Part shown: positions 35,716-48,975 of the stretch, piece after piece
Layout: every line of letters begins with the position of its first letter
Position numbering within the stretch: the stretch's first letter is position 1
Assembly: GCA_028534125.1 (NCBI GenBank)
Contig: CM052817.1
Location: 82,152,001-82,216,000, forward strand
DNA from: Lama glama
Taxonomy: Eukaryota
DNA: 64,000 nt
Direction of reading: 5' to 3'
Notes under the pieces: model-generated
The model's input: the letters and a program-made list of their open reading frames with translations, nothing else
Told to the model about the DNA's origin: nothing
The model's database searches: none
Position numbers and translations under genes: made by a program

Positions 35716-38662
35716 TAAAACATTTTATAATTATGATAGTCTATTTTAAGTTGATCACAGAGTCTACCAAACTAAAATCTTATGTAGATATTAAGAATGA
35801 AAGCACATTTATTAATAGAAGAATAAGTACAATATTTTACTTTCACATGATTATATTATGACTGAAAGTGCCTCCTATGCTCATTTATAGTAATGTGGAA
35901 AATGTTTATAATAAACGTTTTAAGGAAAACACACACAGAAACAACAAGTTACATATGATTACCAGTAGATAAAGACAAACAACAATAGAACAATAAAGCC
36001 AAACACAAGAACAATAATAAACTGAATAGAAAAAAGATGGAAAGGGAAAATCGATCATCTTTTTATGAGTTATTTTCTTTGGGTAATAATGTTTAAAGTT
36101 TTAAAATGTTTCTCATGTTCTCTAATTTTTCTTTAGGGGAATGAGTTATATTAGCAAGCAAGTGCTAAATTTATTTATTTATTTAAATACAGCAAGTACA
36201 GGTAACTTGATTTAATTTAAAATTGGACTTATAGTAGGCAGTTCTTAGCTCCCAAATTATTACATTTATTTTTCTTCTTTTGGAGAAAAAAAATGGTTTT
36301 TAATATAATGTCCTACATTCATATGTCTCCATATTAACTCATGTATCTGACATGGAGAATTCACATGTAGCCATCTATTAAAATAAACTTTCATATATAT
36401 ATAATAATCTAAACATTTAGTGAAGAATATCTATAGAAAAAGTCCCAAAGCACAACTCTGTCCCTTCCTCTCATTAAACTAGTTTCTGAGTTTCCTTTAT
36501 AAAGGAATAAAACTGAAAAATTTCAAAAGATTTTGAACTATCAATTCCCTTTTATACTTGATGTTTTTTCTTTCATAAAATAAAATATTGAATGCTCTAA
36601 AATTAATTTTAAACATATGCATTATTATTAAGTGTTTTCTACTTTGTGTATTCATTACTATATAAATTTATCTTTATACTCCTTGTTTCATGACCTAGTT
36701 TGGCTTGCTTCACTTTCTCTATTCTGCTTCCAATTGACTTCATTTTTCTTTGTTTTGTATCATTTTTCTGCCTAGTTATGTCTCTGAGGGAATGCTCGTC
36801 AGATTTCTTTACAGGGAATAGACTCCAGTGACATCCCAAATTGGTGGTTTGGATTGTTTCTTTTTTTTTTTTTTTTTTTGTAATTTGTCATGTAGCATTT
36901 TGTAAAACACTTCCTTTCCAGCAGTCTTCAAAAAGCCACATTTTCTCTGTCAAAGAAAACAAAAATTGTTTATTATTTGTAAATGTACTGAATGAGTAGC
37001 AAGTACTGCAAACTATTTTTTGTACTGAATAGAATTTGACCTATTTCTCTTCCAAAATATGACTTGGAAAAATACCAGATAAGAGACATTTTGGGGAAAA
37101 TGATCTGTAAAATTGTAACACATCTAAGATCAGAAACAGGAAACATCTTTTGGTCTAGAGATATTTTTGTTTTATGATTTTTTTTCTTTTGACATCTATT
37201 CTTCCATGTGGATGCACTCACTATCACATTTAGTGTTTGTCTGCCTTTGGAGGAAATCCTTTAGAGTACTCATAAAGCTTTGCAAAATAAACTTAATTAT
37301 TGCTGATTCTCTACCTTTTAGGAGAAAATACATTTTGGAAACTTTAATTAAAAAAGAAACTTGCTTAGCAAGATTACTTACTAGCTATAAAAGAGAGATG
37401 GGGCATTTGAAAATAACTTCCATAAGGACAGATCTGTAGGTTCTAAGCAAAATGCTATATCAAATGTGATCAAAGTATAGCAACCTTGAAAAAAAGTGCA
37501 TTGAATAATGAAATGTGATATTTCCATTATTAAATCAATACAATGTACAAATAAATGTATGTTCACTTAACTTCCAAATACATGTTCTTTAAGTAAAATT
37601 GTTCCATTTTGTTTTTAAGCTTCAGTGTTACAGGCACAAATTAAGGCTAAAGATAAGTAACTCCCCTTTATAAAGGGAAGAAAGATTTTAAGGGAGGAGA
37701 AAGAATCTAAGAAACAAAAGGTATAATTTTAAAAACCAACCATTTTCAGCTTAAATTCAGTTAGCTTTTCAGGAAATATCACTAAAGATGAGGAGAGCTT
37801 TGGAGTTGAATGAGAAGATATATTTAACTGTGGTCTTGTTTAAAGTGCTAAATTGCTGAGAAATCTCAACTCATAGATAACAGTGTTGTGGCATTTTATT
37901 GGGAGTGAATCAATTTTACTGACTCACAAAGAAAAATTAAATGGAATTTGGAGAATCAGTATAGTCAGTGTTGGTGTTTCTTTCTATAGTTGCCTACCAC
38001 TGATTTAGATCTAAATTTGAAGGGTTGCTTTAGTTAGGTATGTGATTAGCACCATGCAAAAGAACACATGTGAAATTGCTGGCTTTCATCTTTCCTTCTT
38101 TCTCTTAATTGGTTCTTCTATTTTTCATTTTCCTGTAACTTTAAATGAAAAAAAAATCAAGTGTGTGTGTTGGGTAGGGGGTAGTGGGAAATCTAAGAAA
38201 ACCCTAAGAGCTATGTGTCGGTGTGCGGTGAGATTGAGAGTAGGTGGTCTAAACGGTCATTTGACCTACCAAAGGGGCCAAAGAAAGGAAAACAGTGTGT
38301 GAGCCATTAATCTTGAGCTTGTTTATACAACTGTAATTTTGTATTGCTTGTTTACTGCCACTCTGATGACAGAAACATTTCTTCCTTGACTTAGCAGCAG
38401 GCTCCTGGTCATCATCCTAGAAGATAATTTGCGATAACAATAATACTATTTAATAAAACAATTTAGTTTAATCTGATGCTTTTAAGTAAAAATGACCTTT
38501 GTCTTAAAGTATTGACAAATTAACTCTATCAGTTAAGTACTGTGGCTTCAGTGCTTACTTTTCTATAAAATGAACTTAAATATGAGGAAAATAATGTTTC
38601 TGCAATCTAGTGATAAGTACTTCCTAGAGAGTATTTTTGTCATACCAGATTATTGGCTTGAG

Positions 38663-38694
<32 letters not shown>

Positions 38695-38780
38695 ATATAT
38701 GTGTGTGTGTGTGTGTATATATGTGTGTATATATATATGTATGTGTATATATATATGTATGTGTGTATATATATATATAT
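38663..38780. repeat. Compound (TA)n/(TG)n microsatellite
   Basis: Alternating TA and TG runs over about 118 bp. Confidence 0.95.
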
Positions 38781-39663
38781 TTCAAAGATCTTTCATATGA
38801 ATTTTATTCATCGTCAGTGTTATAAGATCTTTGGGTATTTTATTCACACTGTTTATACTGGATAGTTATCTCTTTGTGGGCTCTGTTTTAAAAACATATA
38901 TTTAGGTTAAGTTGTCCTTTTGGTAAAGTTCTCAGAATTACTGCATAATAGGTGATTATTTTGTGATATAAATAAAGTCCAAAAAATTGTGACAATCTAA
39001 ATTGTGAAAATCTTTCACCCTGAATGTCTTACTTCATTGAAAAATTTCACTGAGTATCTACATGTACCTACATGTATCTACATGTGCTGAGGATGGAACA
39101 CCAAACACACTACTTATTCTGAGATTCCCAAATTTGCAGTTGTGCTGGAGACTGGTTTTGAGCAACAAATAATTCCATAATATGAGTATGACAAACTCTG
39201 ACAAGAGGATAATTTAAAATGTTTATAATTCTAACAAAAATAATTCATTCCTTGATATTTTCTTGAAAATATTAACCTACATGGTCTAAGGTGAATGCCA
39301 AGTTTGAATGAAAATTACTCTATACCACAAGAAAATGTGTAGTGAATGCAGGAAAAAAAATCCCACCTTATTTGATTGCTATATTTCCTAATTATGAAAC
39401 ATTATTATATGTTATATGTTAAATATATTATATCAAAATATATATTACATATTAAACATTATTTACTAATTATTAAACTTTTTCCTTTTTTAAAAAAAAT
39501 TTTTATTGATTTTTTCTCAGTGGTTTCAAATTCTCTTTTAATAGAGTATTCCATTCAAAGCTTTGTCCAAACCTCAATATATAAACCACATGAAAGCAAA
39601 GATCTCTGGCTAATGTGGGGGTGGGGGCAGAGGGAAAGTCATTCTCAGAAGTTTTTTTGAGGG

Positions 39664-40325
39664 TTTTTTTTAACATTTTTTATTGATTTATAATCATTTT
39701 ACAATGTGTGTCAAATTCCAGTGTAGAGCACAATTTTTCAGTTATACATGAACATATATTCATTGTCCCATTTTTTTCTCTATGAGCTACCATAAGATCT
39801 TGTGTATATTTCCCTGTGCTTTACAGTATAATCTTGTTTATGTATTCTACATTTTGAAATCCTGTCTATCCCTTCCCACCCTCCACCACCTTGGCAACCA
39901 CAAGTTTGTATTCTATGTCGATGAGTCTATTTCTGTTTTGCATTTATGCTGGGTTTTTTGTTTTTGTTTTTTAGATTCCACATATGAGCGATCTCATATG
40001 GTATTTTTCTATCTCCTTCTGGCTTACTTCACTTAGAATGACATTCGCCAGGAGCATCCATGTTGCTGCAAATGGCGTTATGTTGTTGGTTTTTACGGCT
40101 GAGTAGTATTCCATTGTATAAATATACCACATCTTCTTTATCCAGTCATCCGTTGATGGACATTTAGGCTGTTTCCATGTCTTGGCTATTGTAAATAATG
40201 CTGCTATGAACATTGGGGTGCAAGTGTCATCCTGAAGTAGGGTTCCTTCTGGACATAAGCCCAGGAGTGGGATTCCTGGGTCATATGGTAAGTCTATTCC
40301 TAGTCTTTTGAGGAATCTTCATACT
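39664..40325 (-). mobile_element. Young 5'-truncated L1 (camelid L1-1_Vpa-like) 3' end
   Basis: 3' UTR tttaacattttttattgatttataatcattttacaatg...aaattccagtgtagagcacaatttttcagttatacatgaac plus ORF2 C-terminus. Confidence 0.9.
39971..40318 (-). pseudogene. L1 ORF2p C-terminal relic (open frame)
   Basis: [74 protein letters not shown]...YHMRSLICGI*. Confidence 0.9.
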
Positions 40326-42264
40326 TACTTAATGGTAGTTCTCAAACTTTTGACCATCTCAAAAACCTGAGAACTGAAATATATACTTCCAGCAGTAAAG
40401 GGGCTGATTGACAGAGTGACTCTGAAGGTGTGGGAGCTTGATATCATTCCATGTGGCTGGATTTGGAGGAAGCATCGGTAGTTAAAGGGAATTCCATTTC
40501 TCAATTGATTTTGACACATCTTACTAATAGGGAGGAAAACTTTTTCTGTTCTTTCTCTCTGCCACCCTTTCCACTAACTAATAACTAATTAAAATAACTA
40601 ATTAATTTGAAATAATCTTAGAAAACCTTTATACATGAGAGATTTTAGAGAATTCACAGCTAATTAAAAGAGGTCTCTCAGTAGAGCTGACATGAAAAAT
40701 ATACCAAGAACTTTATAATATTGATAACACAATGCATGGAAAGAATTAAAACTATTTAATCATATAATATTTGTTCACCAGGAGTAATTACTACAATTGC
40801 TACTGTTTATAAGCATTAAAAATGTATTTTTCCCTGAAATTAGACTTTTTTATGGAAGAATAAACATGAACTATGGTACTTATCTGGCTCTTCAGACATA
40901 TATGTATACATATACATATACAAAAACTTGAAACAATCTTAAGTTAGTATTCCTATTATGGATTAAAACCACAGGGTTCATTAAAATATTCAGCATTTCA
41001 AAAAATCAGCCGATATCTTGATAATGTAAAATAATATTTAAGAATAATACTTTCAGAATATAAATTTTCTTAAAAAATACATAAGCTTTAGGGAACTGCA
41101 TCACTGAAAGGCATAGTTTACTTTTTAAAAGTCAGATTTTCCAGCTTATGTGGGATAAAAATTAGGTCATGTTAGAAGCAGTTTCAATGTCATACATAGT
41201 ATCTAACTGTCATGTGCTCAAGTTAATGTGGAAAGAAAGAGCTCTATGTTGAAGGATGGAAGAAATGAGGCAAGAGGGAAGAAATCAGATCCAAAATCTC
41301 TCTGTAGCTTACAGAATTCCAGTACCAATAAACACATAAAGGATAGAAGCCAAATGAACCCAAAGGATTCTCATTGAAAATGGAGAGCTACTTGAAATAA
41401 TAATTATTCCTTGAGTTTAAAAGACCAAGCTTTACCCCCAAGGTATGAAATGATTACACATGCACAGAACAGCCAGTGGAAATTGATGAGGATGTCAGCA
41501 ACGCTGGTAACAGAGGGAAAGAAGGGTGGGCAGAAAGCTTCAGAGGGAAATTGCCTTGTGCGTGAGTGTATGTGCTTAAAACAGGCACTTCAGGATTATA
41601 ATCATAATCTGGTCACTTAATTTTGTTCTTTTATATTCCATTTCTATTCTCAGATGTCCTTAAGATCAGAAAAAACTAAACCACTTTCTGTGAAAGTGTA
41701 AGCTACTAATTTAAGTCCCTACAATCAAATAAAAACAAAATCATAGATTCTTCCTATATCTCAGTATTTTTTTTACTTTTATTTTCACATAGTACTCCAC
41801 TGCTATATTCATTTCATTGATGAAAAGAATGTTGCCTGTAGTTTTTAAATCAAAGTTACTTTTCAACATTTACCCTGGTAAAAGACCCTTCGTGAATTTA
41901 TTTGTTGTAACTATAGTGTCATTGTTTTAAGTTTAAGAGTCTCAGACTCTTTTGTTTTCCCCACCTGATGGAGTTACTTCTAAAGCTCTAACTGCTTCCT
42001 CTGTATCCACCACCACAGCACTGGGCACATGGCCCAAGCTGGCCAGAGCACTGCATTCTCTGGTTCACAGAAAGCATGTGGCCCATGCCCAGTCAATTAG
42101 TGTAACGTTGTTAATAAAAATAGTTCTAGAACTGTATATTCACTTTATCATAGGAGGGACATTGCTTATACCACTGTAATCCTCACACTGGTTACAGTTT
42201 AAATACAAATAAGTGAAAGAAAATACCCCCAAAGGAATAAAAACTTAAACTAAACAAAAAAAAA

Positions 42265-43101
42265 ACCCTTCTGAATTCTAATCATCATGGAAGGAGCTTG
42301 AAAGTGGCCAGTCCATCCCAACAACAAATAAAAAGCTGCACAAACGGAAAAATCTACAATTCCTCTTAGAGTCATCAGAGAAGTGAGGTCAAGGCGCAAA
42401 CCACTGTCACCAAAACTGGAGACAGGCAAACAGAGAATCATCACTTACCAGAGCAGAAACCCATGAGAAGAAATCTCCACAGGAACCAGTGCTGGGGTAG
42501 GAAATCTAAACCGTAGTCACTGAATTGCTGGAGGATAGATGTGCTTGTGTATGCTAATTTATAAGTCAAATGAGTAACAAAAATTATTTGGGAGGGAGGA
42601 ATTAAGATGATTATGTCTTAATAAGATATTCACCTGACCCACGAAGTGATATGGTATTATTTGAGTGTGGAAACGAATTAGTTGTTAATACATTAAAAAC
42701 TGCAGGTTAACTGCTAAAAAAAGGTAAAATTTAAAAAGTGTAACTGATATGCTAAAAAGGAGATAAACAGGAATTCAGTAAAATGCTCAGTTAAAACCAC
42801 GAAAGACAGAACAAGAGCAGAAGACAAAAACAGAAACAAACAACAAGGACAACAAACAGAAAACAGTAATAAATGTGGCAGATATTAATTCAACTATATC
42901 AAAAATTACTTTAAACATCAATGATCTAAAAATACCAATTAAAAGACAGAGATAATCAGAGTCGACCGAAAATCAAGACTCCACGATATGTTGTCTACAA
43001 GAATCTCACTTTAAATATAAAAACATAAAAAAATAAGAGTGAGTTGATAGAGAAAGACATGCCATTCTAACAGTAATGAAAAGAGCTATGTTAATTTCAG
43101 A
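42265..43101 (+). mobile_element. L1MCa-like L1: 5' end joined to inter-ORF region and ORF2 endonuclease start
   Basis: gaaggagcttgaaagt...caacaacaaataaaaagctg...cagagaagtgaggtca...ggaaccagtgctggggtaggaaa (5' end); EN peptide ISKITLNINDLKIPIKRQR*...ICCLQESHFK near 42896-43015. Confidence 0.75.
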
Positions 43102-43415
43102 GGAGAAGGTCCTTGATTATCTGGCTGAGACCTAATCCAGTGACACACGTCTTTATGAGAAATACACAAAGCAAAAACAGATACGAAGATAGAGGCAGGG
43201 TTTTGAGTGATGTCACAACAAGCCAAGGAAGCCTGTAACAACCAGAAGATAAAAAAGACATGAAACCAATTCCTAGAGTCTTTGGAGGAAGTGTGATGCT
43301 GCTAACACCTTGATTTCAAACTTCTGGACCCTAGAACCAGGGGACAATAAATTCCTGTTGTTTTAAGCCACCAAGTTTGTGGAAATTTGTTAAGGCTGCC
43401 CTAAGAATTAAATAA
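43102..43415 (+). mobile_element. MaLR LTR (MLT1B/C-like)
   Basis: caagccaaggaa...accagaag...acaccttgatttcaaacttctgg...aataaattcctgttgttttaagccaccaagtttgtggaaatttgtta. Confidence 0.85.
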
Positions 43416-43444
43416 ACTGACTTCTAACTGAAATAGAAACGTAT

Positions 43445-43730
43445 TATATGCAATGATTTTCACTATGATTTTGTACTTTGTCTTCGGTTTTTCATATCAG
43501 CACATATAAATGCACAAAATCCTATTAACATCTGAAGAGTATTTCATTATTCAGCTGTATCAAAATTCATTTAACCAGGCTTCTACTGATGATCATTGAT
43601 GTTGTTTCTCATTTATTGGTACCACTAACACAATTCACATTCTTCTATACATGCCTGTGCACATGTGTAACATCCACAGAATAAATTCTTAAATGTAGAA
43701 TTATTTTTGAAGGTATGTACATTTTAATAT
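43445..43730 (-). mobile_element. L1ME-type fragment
   Basis: tatttcatt...atttaaccag..tctactgatgatcattgatgttgtttc...gaataaattcttaaatgtagaatt...gaaggtatgtacattttaat. Confidence 0.65.
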
Positions 43731-43769
43731 CTCCCCTTCATTCTATTAATCTTATTTCTCTCTGTCCTA

Positions 43770-44310
43770 CCAAACCCAATCACTGTACAATACACTGGAG
43801 ATGTAAACACAATGTACTTTATTGTTCCTGATGTTCTAGTAGAAGATGTGCTGATAAATAAGTACACTCAAGGGTTATAGGGATACACAGTGCTAGGGTC
43901 GGGGGGCACATGCAATGTTCGGAGGAATGGTTGATTCCAGCTTTAGCAAAGACATGATACAGACAACTCTTGAGTGTTAGAAAAATTTGTGCTTATTAGG
44001 GCATTCCAGGCAGAATGAACAGCCAGGAAAAAAAAAAAAAGACAGGGAACTGTGAAAGAGCAATAAATCAATGTACCAGAAGCAAATGTTTAAAAGAAGA
44101 GTGCAACCAGAGAGAGCCTAGGGAAGCAGGTGGGTCCAGGCTGTGGAGTTCCAAAGAGAATCTGAAATCTTTTTTCTCTATGTCAATATGGAACCAATGA
44201 AAGATTGAATGAAAAGGAGTAATATGGTCCAAGTTGAATTTTTATAAAATCATTCTGAAGAATGATTAGTAGAAGATGGATTTGAGGAAGTATAGGTAGG
44301 GGCTGGAGGC
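43770..44310 (-). mobile_element. L2 LINE
   Basis: gcattccaggcagaatgaacagc...ggaaccaatgaaagat...ttttataaaatcattctg...gaagatggatttgagg. Confidence 0.7.
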
Positions 44311-44334
44311 CATAATATCAGTTTATCAGTTTGG

Positions 44335-45160
44335 AGATAAATTTCTATTTTACTTGGCGTGCTTCAAGGAACCTCAAACTCAATATGTTCAAAATTGTGG
44401 TTTTCTTTCTACCTAGTACTCTCACTGCACTCTATATCTCAGGTAAGAGAATTCTAAATCTTTCAAGCAATAGGTATAATATAAATGATTCCTTCTATTA
44501 CTCTCATGTTTTATGTCAATTTGTCATCACCCACCAGAGGATCTGTCTCAACAAAATCCTGGACTCTCTCTGTCCTTATTTCCACTGTCTTTAGGTCAAA
44601 CCTATGTCATCTCTTGCAAGGTCTGTTTCAAATGCCTTTCATCTGATCACTCCCTCCTTCACTTTCACCACCTATATTTCATTTTCCACAGTACTGAGAA
44701 GTGTGTGGCTAGTTACCAAAGCCCATCTACAGAAGAAATCTGGTTATGTCATTTCACAGCTTCAAACCTCCCTGGGTTTTCTGTTGTCCGAAGGACTGAG
44801 TCCTGCCCTCCACAGTCTGATTGAACGTTACCCTACCAACCTCTTCAGTACCTGTTTGAACCATTTCTCAAACTCAGTTATCTGTCATTCCCTGAGGACA
44901 CCAGGCTTTTCTGTGACTTCTTTTTGTGATCTGTTTCCCTGCCTGAAAAAACTACCTCCTTCTTCATCTGAAAGCTCCAACTATTTTTCTTGAAAGCTAT
45001 AAATTGTTACTTCTTCTTGAAGAACCGCCTCACAGTTTATGGCAGAGCAATTGTTTACACTTTTAGTGTGTTATGATCATCTTTTGGTCTTACTTATATT
45101 ATGGCACATTGTTCCCTATGCTGATTTTTGTGTTTTTGTGTCAACTGACTTTCATATCTA
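44335..45160 (+). mobile_element. L2 LINE
   Basis: acttggcgtgcttcaaggaacctcaaactcaatatgttcaaaattg...gtcatctcttgc...ttcaaacctccctggg...tgtttccctgcctgaaa. Confidence 0.7.
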
Positions 45161-46084
45161 TTCTGAGGAAGTCTAACCTGTTACCCGACACATTTTAGAT
45201 CTGAATTTATGATTCTGGAAGAAATAATTAGCCAAGATTATATCTCTACTCTGAGAATATGTTACGAGTTGACACTAACTCTTCATTTAACTGAAGTTCA
45301 CAAATGCCATACTTTCTGTGACTAACTGAGAGAGTAGTAAGCAATTTGTTTTAAATTCAGTTTGATTATGTATATTGTTTGAAGAATTGTCAACTTTTAC
45401 TGGGTTTTCTTTTAGTTTCAATTTGCTTTTAATGTCATCAGAGGACCTAATACTGTACACAGAGTCACATAACTTATTTTGAAAGAGATTTACAATTCAC
45501 AAAGTGTTTGAATGAAATTCTGATCTTACACATACATGAAGTTAATGAAATATTAGTGAAATTAAACTGCATAAAAATTTTAAAAGCCTAATATTATGTT
45601 GCTCTATTTTTATTTTAAGAACTCAACAGAAATTAGCAAGGAAAAAAATGTAGGAACTAGAGTGAACTGAGATTTCAGACTGCCAGAGAAAAATCTAGAC
45701 ATCTAATGAAGACAAAAAACACATCCTCCTTAACTCTGAAGTAACAGCTAAGTTTGGGTGGCAATTTATGACTTCCCATAGCCTGATTAAGAAGTCATTG
45801 TGCTTTCAAAACATAATATGGCATTGAAGTATGAATAGTAACTTTTTTCTCATTTAAAGGAGATTAGTTTACCAAATGTTTCCTGTCTTTATGCCTATTA
45901 TGCTGTATCTCCAAAGACCACTAGTAAATTTAGACAACACTATCCAAAAAAGATACCTTAACAATATAAACACAGTCAGAGCACATTCAGAAGCTTGGTG
46001 TGTTCCAATGATCTGCTGCCTTTTGTTCTGACCTCTCCTGCAAACCCATGTACACTAGGTACAGAGACCACTGTGTGTAATAAA

Positions 46085-46251
46085 TTTAGCCTCCTACCTC
46101 TTTATGTTTCTGTTTCTGCCCCTCTCTCCTACTAGAACATAAACTCTTTGAGAGCCAATTCTGTGGCTTTTTTTTTTCCCACAAAGCCTAGTGCCTCATA
46201 CAAGGCCAATGTTCAAGAGACACCATTTGAATAAGTGAGTAAATAAATGAA
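46085..46251 (+). mobile_element. L2 3' end
   Basis: ctactagaacataaactctttgagagc...gcctagtgcct...tttgaataagtgagtaaataaatgaa. Confidence 0.65.
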
Positions 46252-48174
46252 CAATCGTATACCTTGCCTAGAAATCAATTTAGTTAGAAGGTAATAAGAG
46301 AACATTTTGACTCCTATATTCTTTGTGAGGCTTTAAACATATAATCTGAGGGGCCTCATTTAAGATAAATAATATGTAATAATTAGTGTGAAACTGCTAG
46401 GGCCTTTTTCTTTGCTGTGGAAGTGGTCTATGCAAGTGAGGTTCTCTGAAGTCACAGCTTCGCTAACTATATGAGAGTTTTGTTTAGTGTTCCGTTAATG
46501 GTCTTCTCTGTGGCTAGATCTAAAATCTGTTTTAGATCACTCTTATCTGAACAATTTTCCTTAGGCTGGATGGACACCAGAGAGATGAGATCCCAGGGTT
46601 CCCTTGAGGATGTATGTCCTGAAGGAATCGTTTCCATTAAATACAGGAGGATTTAATTTGAAGAGTAATTTTAAAACTGTATAAGAATTAGTGTCATTTT
46701 TAGGTAGATTTCTTTAGTTTCTTGCATAAGGTTAAAATTCATTTAATTATTTAATAAAGATACACTGACTATTAAAATTAATCTGAGAGTCAACTTTAAG
46801 GATATTTATACACATATACAGGTAAAATGAGAGGGAGAGATATATGCATAGATGCGTGTACAGTTAGAGTGAGCCTGGGAGAGTTCAAAGGTGCATAGGT
46901 ACATAGTGTACATATATGTATCCTATTAGCTCAGAGGGTGAGAATTTTTAATCTTTCCCCACCTTTACACAAAATGGGCTTACCTCTATTTATTTCAGGG
47001 TAGAGTTGCTGATTTGAACTTTAAGGCCTGAGATTACATCAGGGAAATCTGGGTTTTCTCCAGATGGTTTACTAGGAGGTCTGGACCTCCCATTCCCCAT
47101 TCTTAATTCCTGCCTTGTTTATATCCAATTTAATGACTGTCTGGCCTCTATTACTGGCAAAAGGGTGTTACAAACCCCAGTGGTCACTGGCGCAGGTTTT
47201 AGCCACAGCTCCAGAGAGAAGAAGAGAGGAATGGAAAGGCTGGATTTGGCTGCTACTCATGCTGTTTATATCTAAACTGTCTCATAAAGTCTGACAAGTA
47301 TATAATGGTTACTTCTGTTCACAGCAGGCCTGGCTGCTGATTCCACATCACACTGGTCTCAGGCTTCTTATTTGCAGGCTCCCTCAGACTTCAGTCCTCA
47401 CGGATTTACTCATCCCTCAGTAAACCAGTTCCTCTCAGAGATTAGCATACTGAACTTATTTCAGATTAGGTTTGCCAATTTTTCAAATTTGTGTTCTGGC
47501 ACAGCAAGTCTAAGTTAAATAAAAGGCTCAGTGGCCACTTAGGTCTAATAATTTTAGTGTAAAAATTTGCAAAAAATTGCAAAATTTTTTACCCTCAGTG
47601 TTTCTTCTCCAAATTTGTCCTTCCTTGCTAACTCTTTGGTGACAACAAAAGCATGTGAATATGCCACTCTGAATTATTTGTGCCTTGCGATGTGAAAATA
47701 ATCCTTTAAACAATCTTCATATACATATTCCGGTATCAGGGTAAAAAAATTTAATAATTAAACATTCATTCATGTTTCTAGGTTTTTATCCATGTTCTGA
47801 ACTGAGATTTTATTAAGTCAATTGGCATTTAAAACTTGGCTTGACCCTTTCTTTTTCTTGTTGTTGTTTGTTTCTACTGTTAACAACACATAGACAGGAA
47901 TGGTGCCTCATTGAGATTTGTATTTAAGGGCTTGACACAGATTATGTGTTATGAATGAAAATGAATTATCAAAGGTGTTGATGTGCTTTGGAGGTTTGGC
48001 ATCTTAATGGGACACCGTTTTTATTATTTTATAAATCATTTACAAATAGAATGGTGTAGTGAGACACATCCTAGATTGTAAACCAGAGTTTAGAAAAGAA
48101 AGTACAAGATGAAACTGGAATGTTTGTAGTGTCAAAAAAGGCTGAGAAATGATGGGAAACCCCCCACAGAAATT

Positions 48175-48975
48175 GGTGTGAATGGGGTCCTGCTGACCAA
48201 ATATGGAATAATTTGACGATCAAAAAATAGCGATAATAATAGATTTTACCTATCAAACAAAATAGTAAATGATAAGGTCAATAAAAATATAAAACAATTA
48301 ATGGGTATATATAAAGTCTGATGAGGAATGGGTTATTTATCATTTCAAACTACCTCCTCATAAAGTATGTATTAATTACAAAGGGGTATAGCAAAACTGA
48401 ACAGTAGAATGGCTTTGGCTGACATTGTCTTAATGAAATGATCTAAGTAAACATTATCAATAATTGAAGAGACTGAAATTGTGTGTCACTTTATAAGATG
48501 CAATGAGAAAAACACAACATCACTTCTATAAAGGTACTGCCCCAAATTCATAACCTAAATCTACTCAAATCTATTTGGAATAGATTGTAAAAAATAATTA
48601 GCTTATGCCCTTAAAGATGAAGGTCATGAAAGTCAAGGAAAGACTAAGGAAATATTCCAGATTGAAGGAAAACAATTGAATGCAGCGTATAACTGTAAAC
48701 TGGATTTTTTACTACTCAAGTCATTAATCAGACAATTGAAGATGCTTGAACGGAATCTGAGGTTTAAGTAATATAAATGTATATGTAATCTCATGGTTCT
48801 TCATGGTGTGTTATGTTTATATAAGATAATGGCCTCGTTTATAGGAAACATACACTAAATTATTCGACGGTGATGAGATAGCAACTTATTCTCAAAAATA
48901 TTATTTGAACTTTTCTTCCAAGATTATTAGGTATTAGTATTTGTTACCAAAATTTAAAAATTAAAAGCTAAAAAA
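48175..48975 (+). mobile_element. L1MC3/L1MC4-type 3' end
   Basis: tattaattacaaaggg...gatgcaatgagaaaaacacaacatcacttct...cataacctaaatcta...aaggtcatgaaagtcaaggaaagactaaggaaatattccagattgaagg. Confidence 0.8.

Noticed and set aside
38570..38865. Overlapping YI/CV-rich ORFs
   Set aside because: Translations of the (TA)/(TG) microsatellite.
39055..39084. Three copies of the 10-mer ta(t/c)ctacatg
   Set aside because: Simple slippage within a degenerate L2-like tail; no spacers, not CRISPR-like.
44331..44993. Overlapping 87-129 aa ORFs
   Set aside because: They lie in degenerate L2 sequence with no recognisable domain.
43770..45160. Oppositely oriented adjacent L2 copies as a dsRNA/hairpin source
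   Set aside because: Too diverged; no extended complementarity visible by eye.
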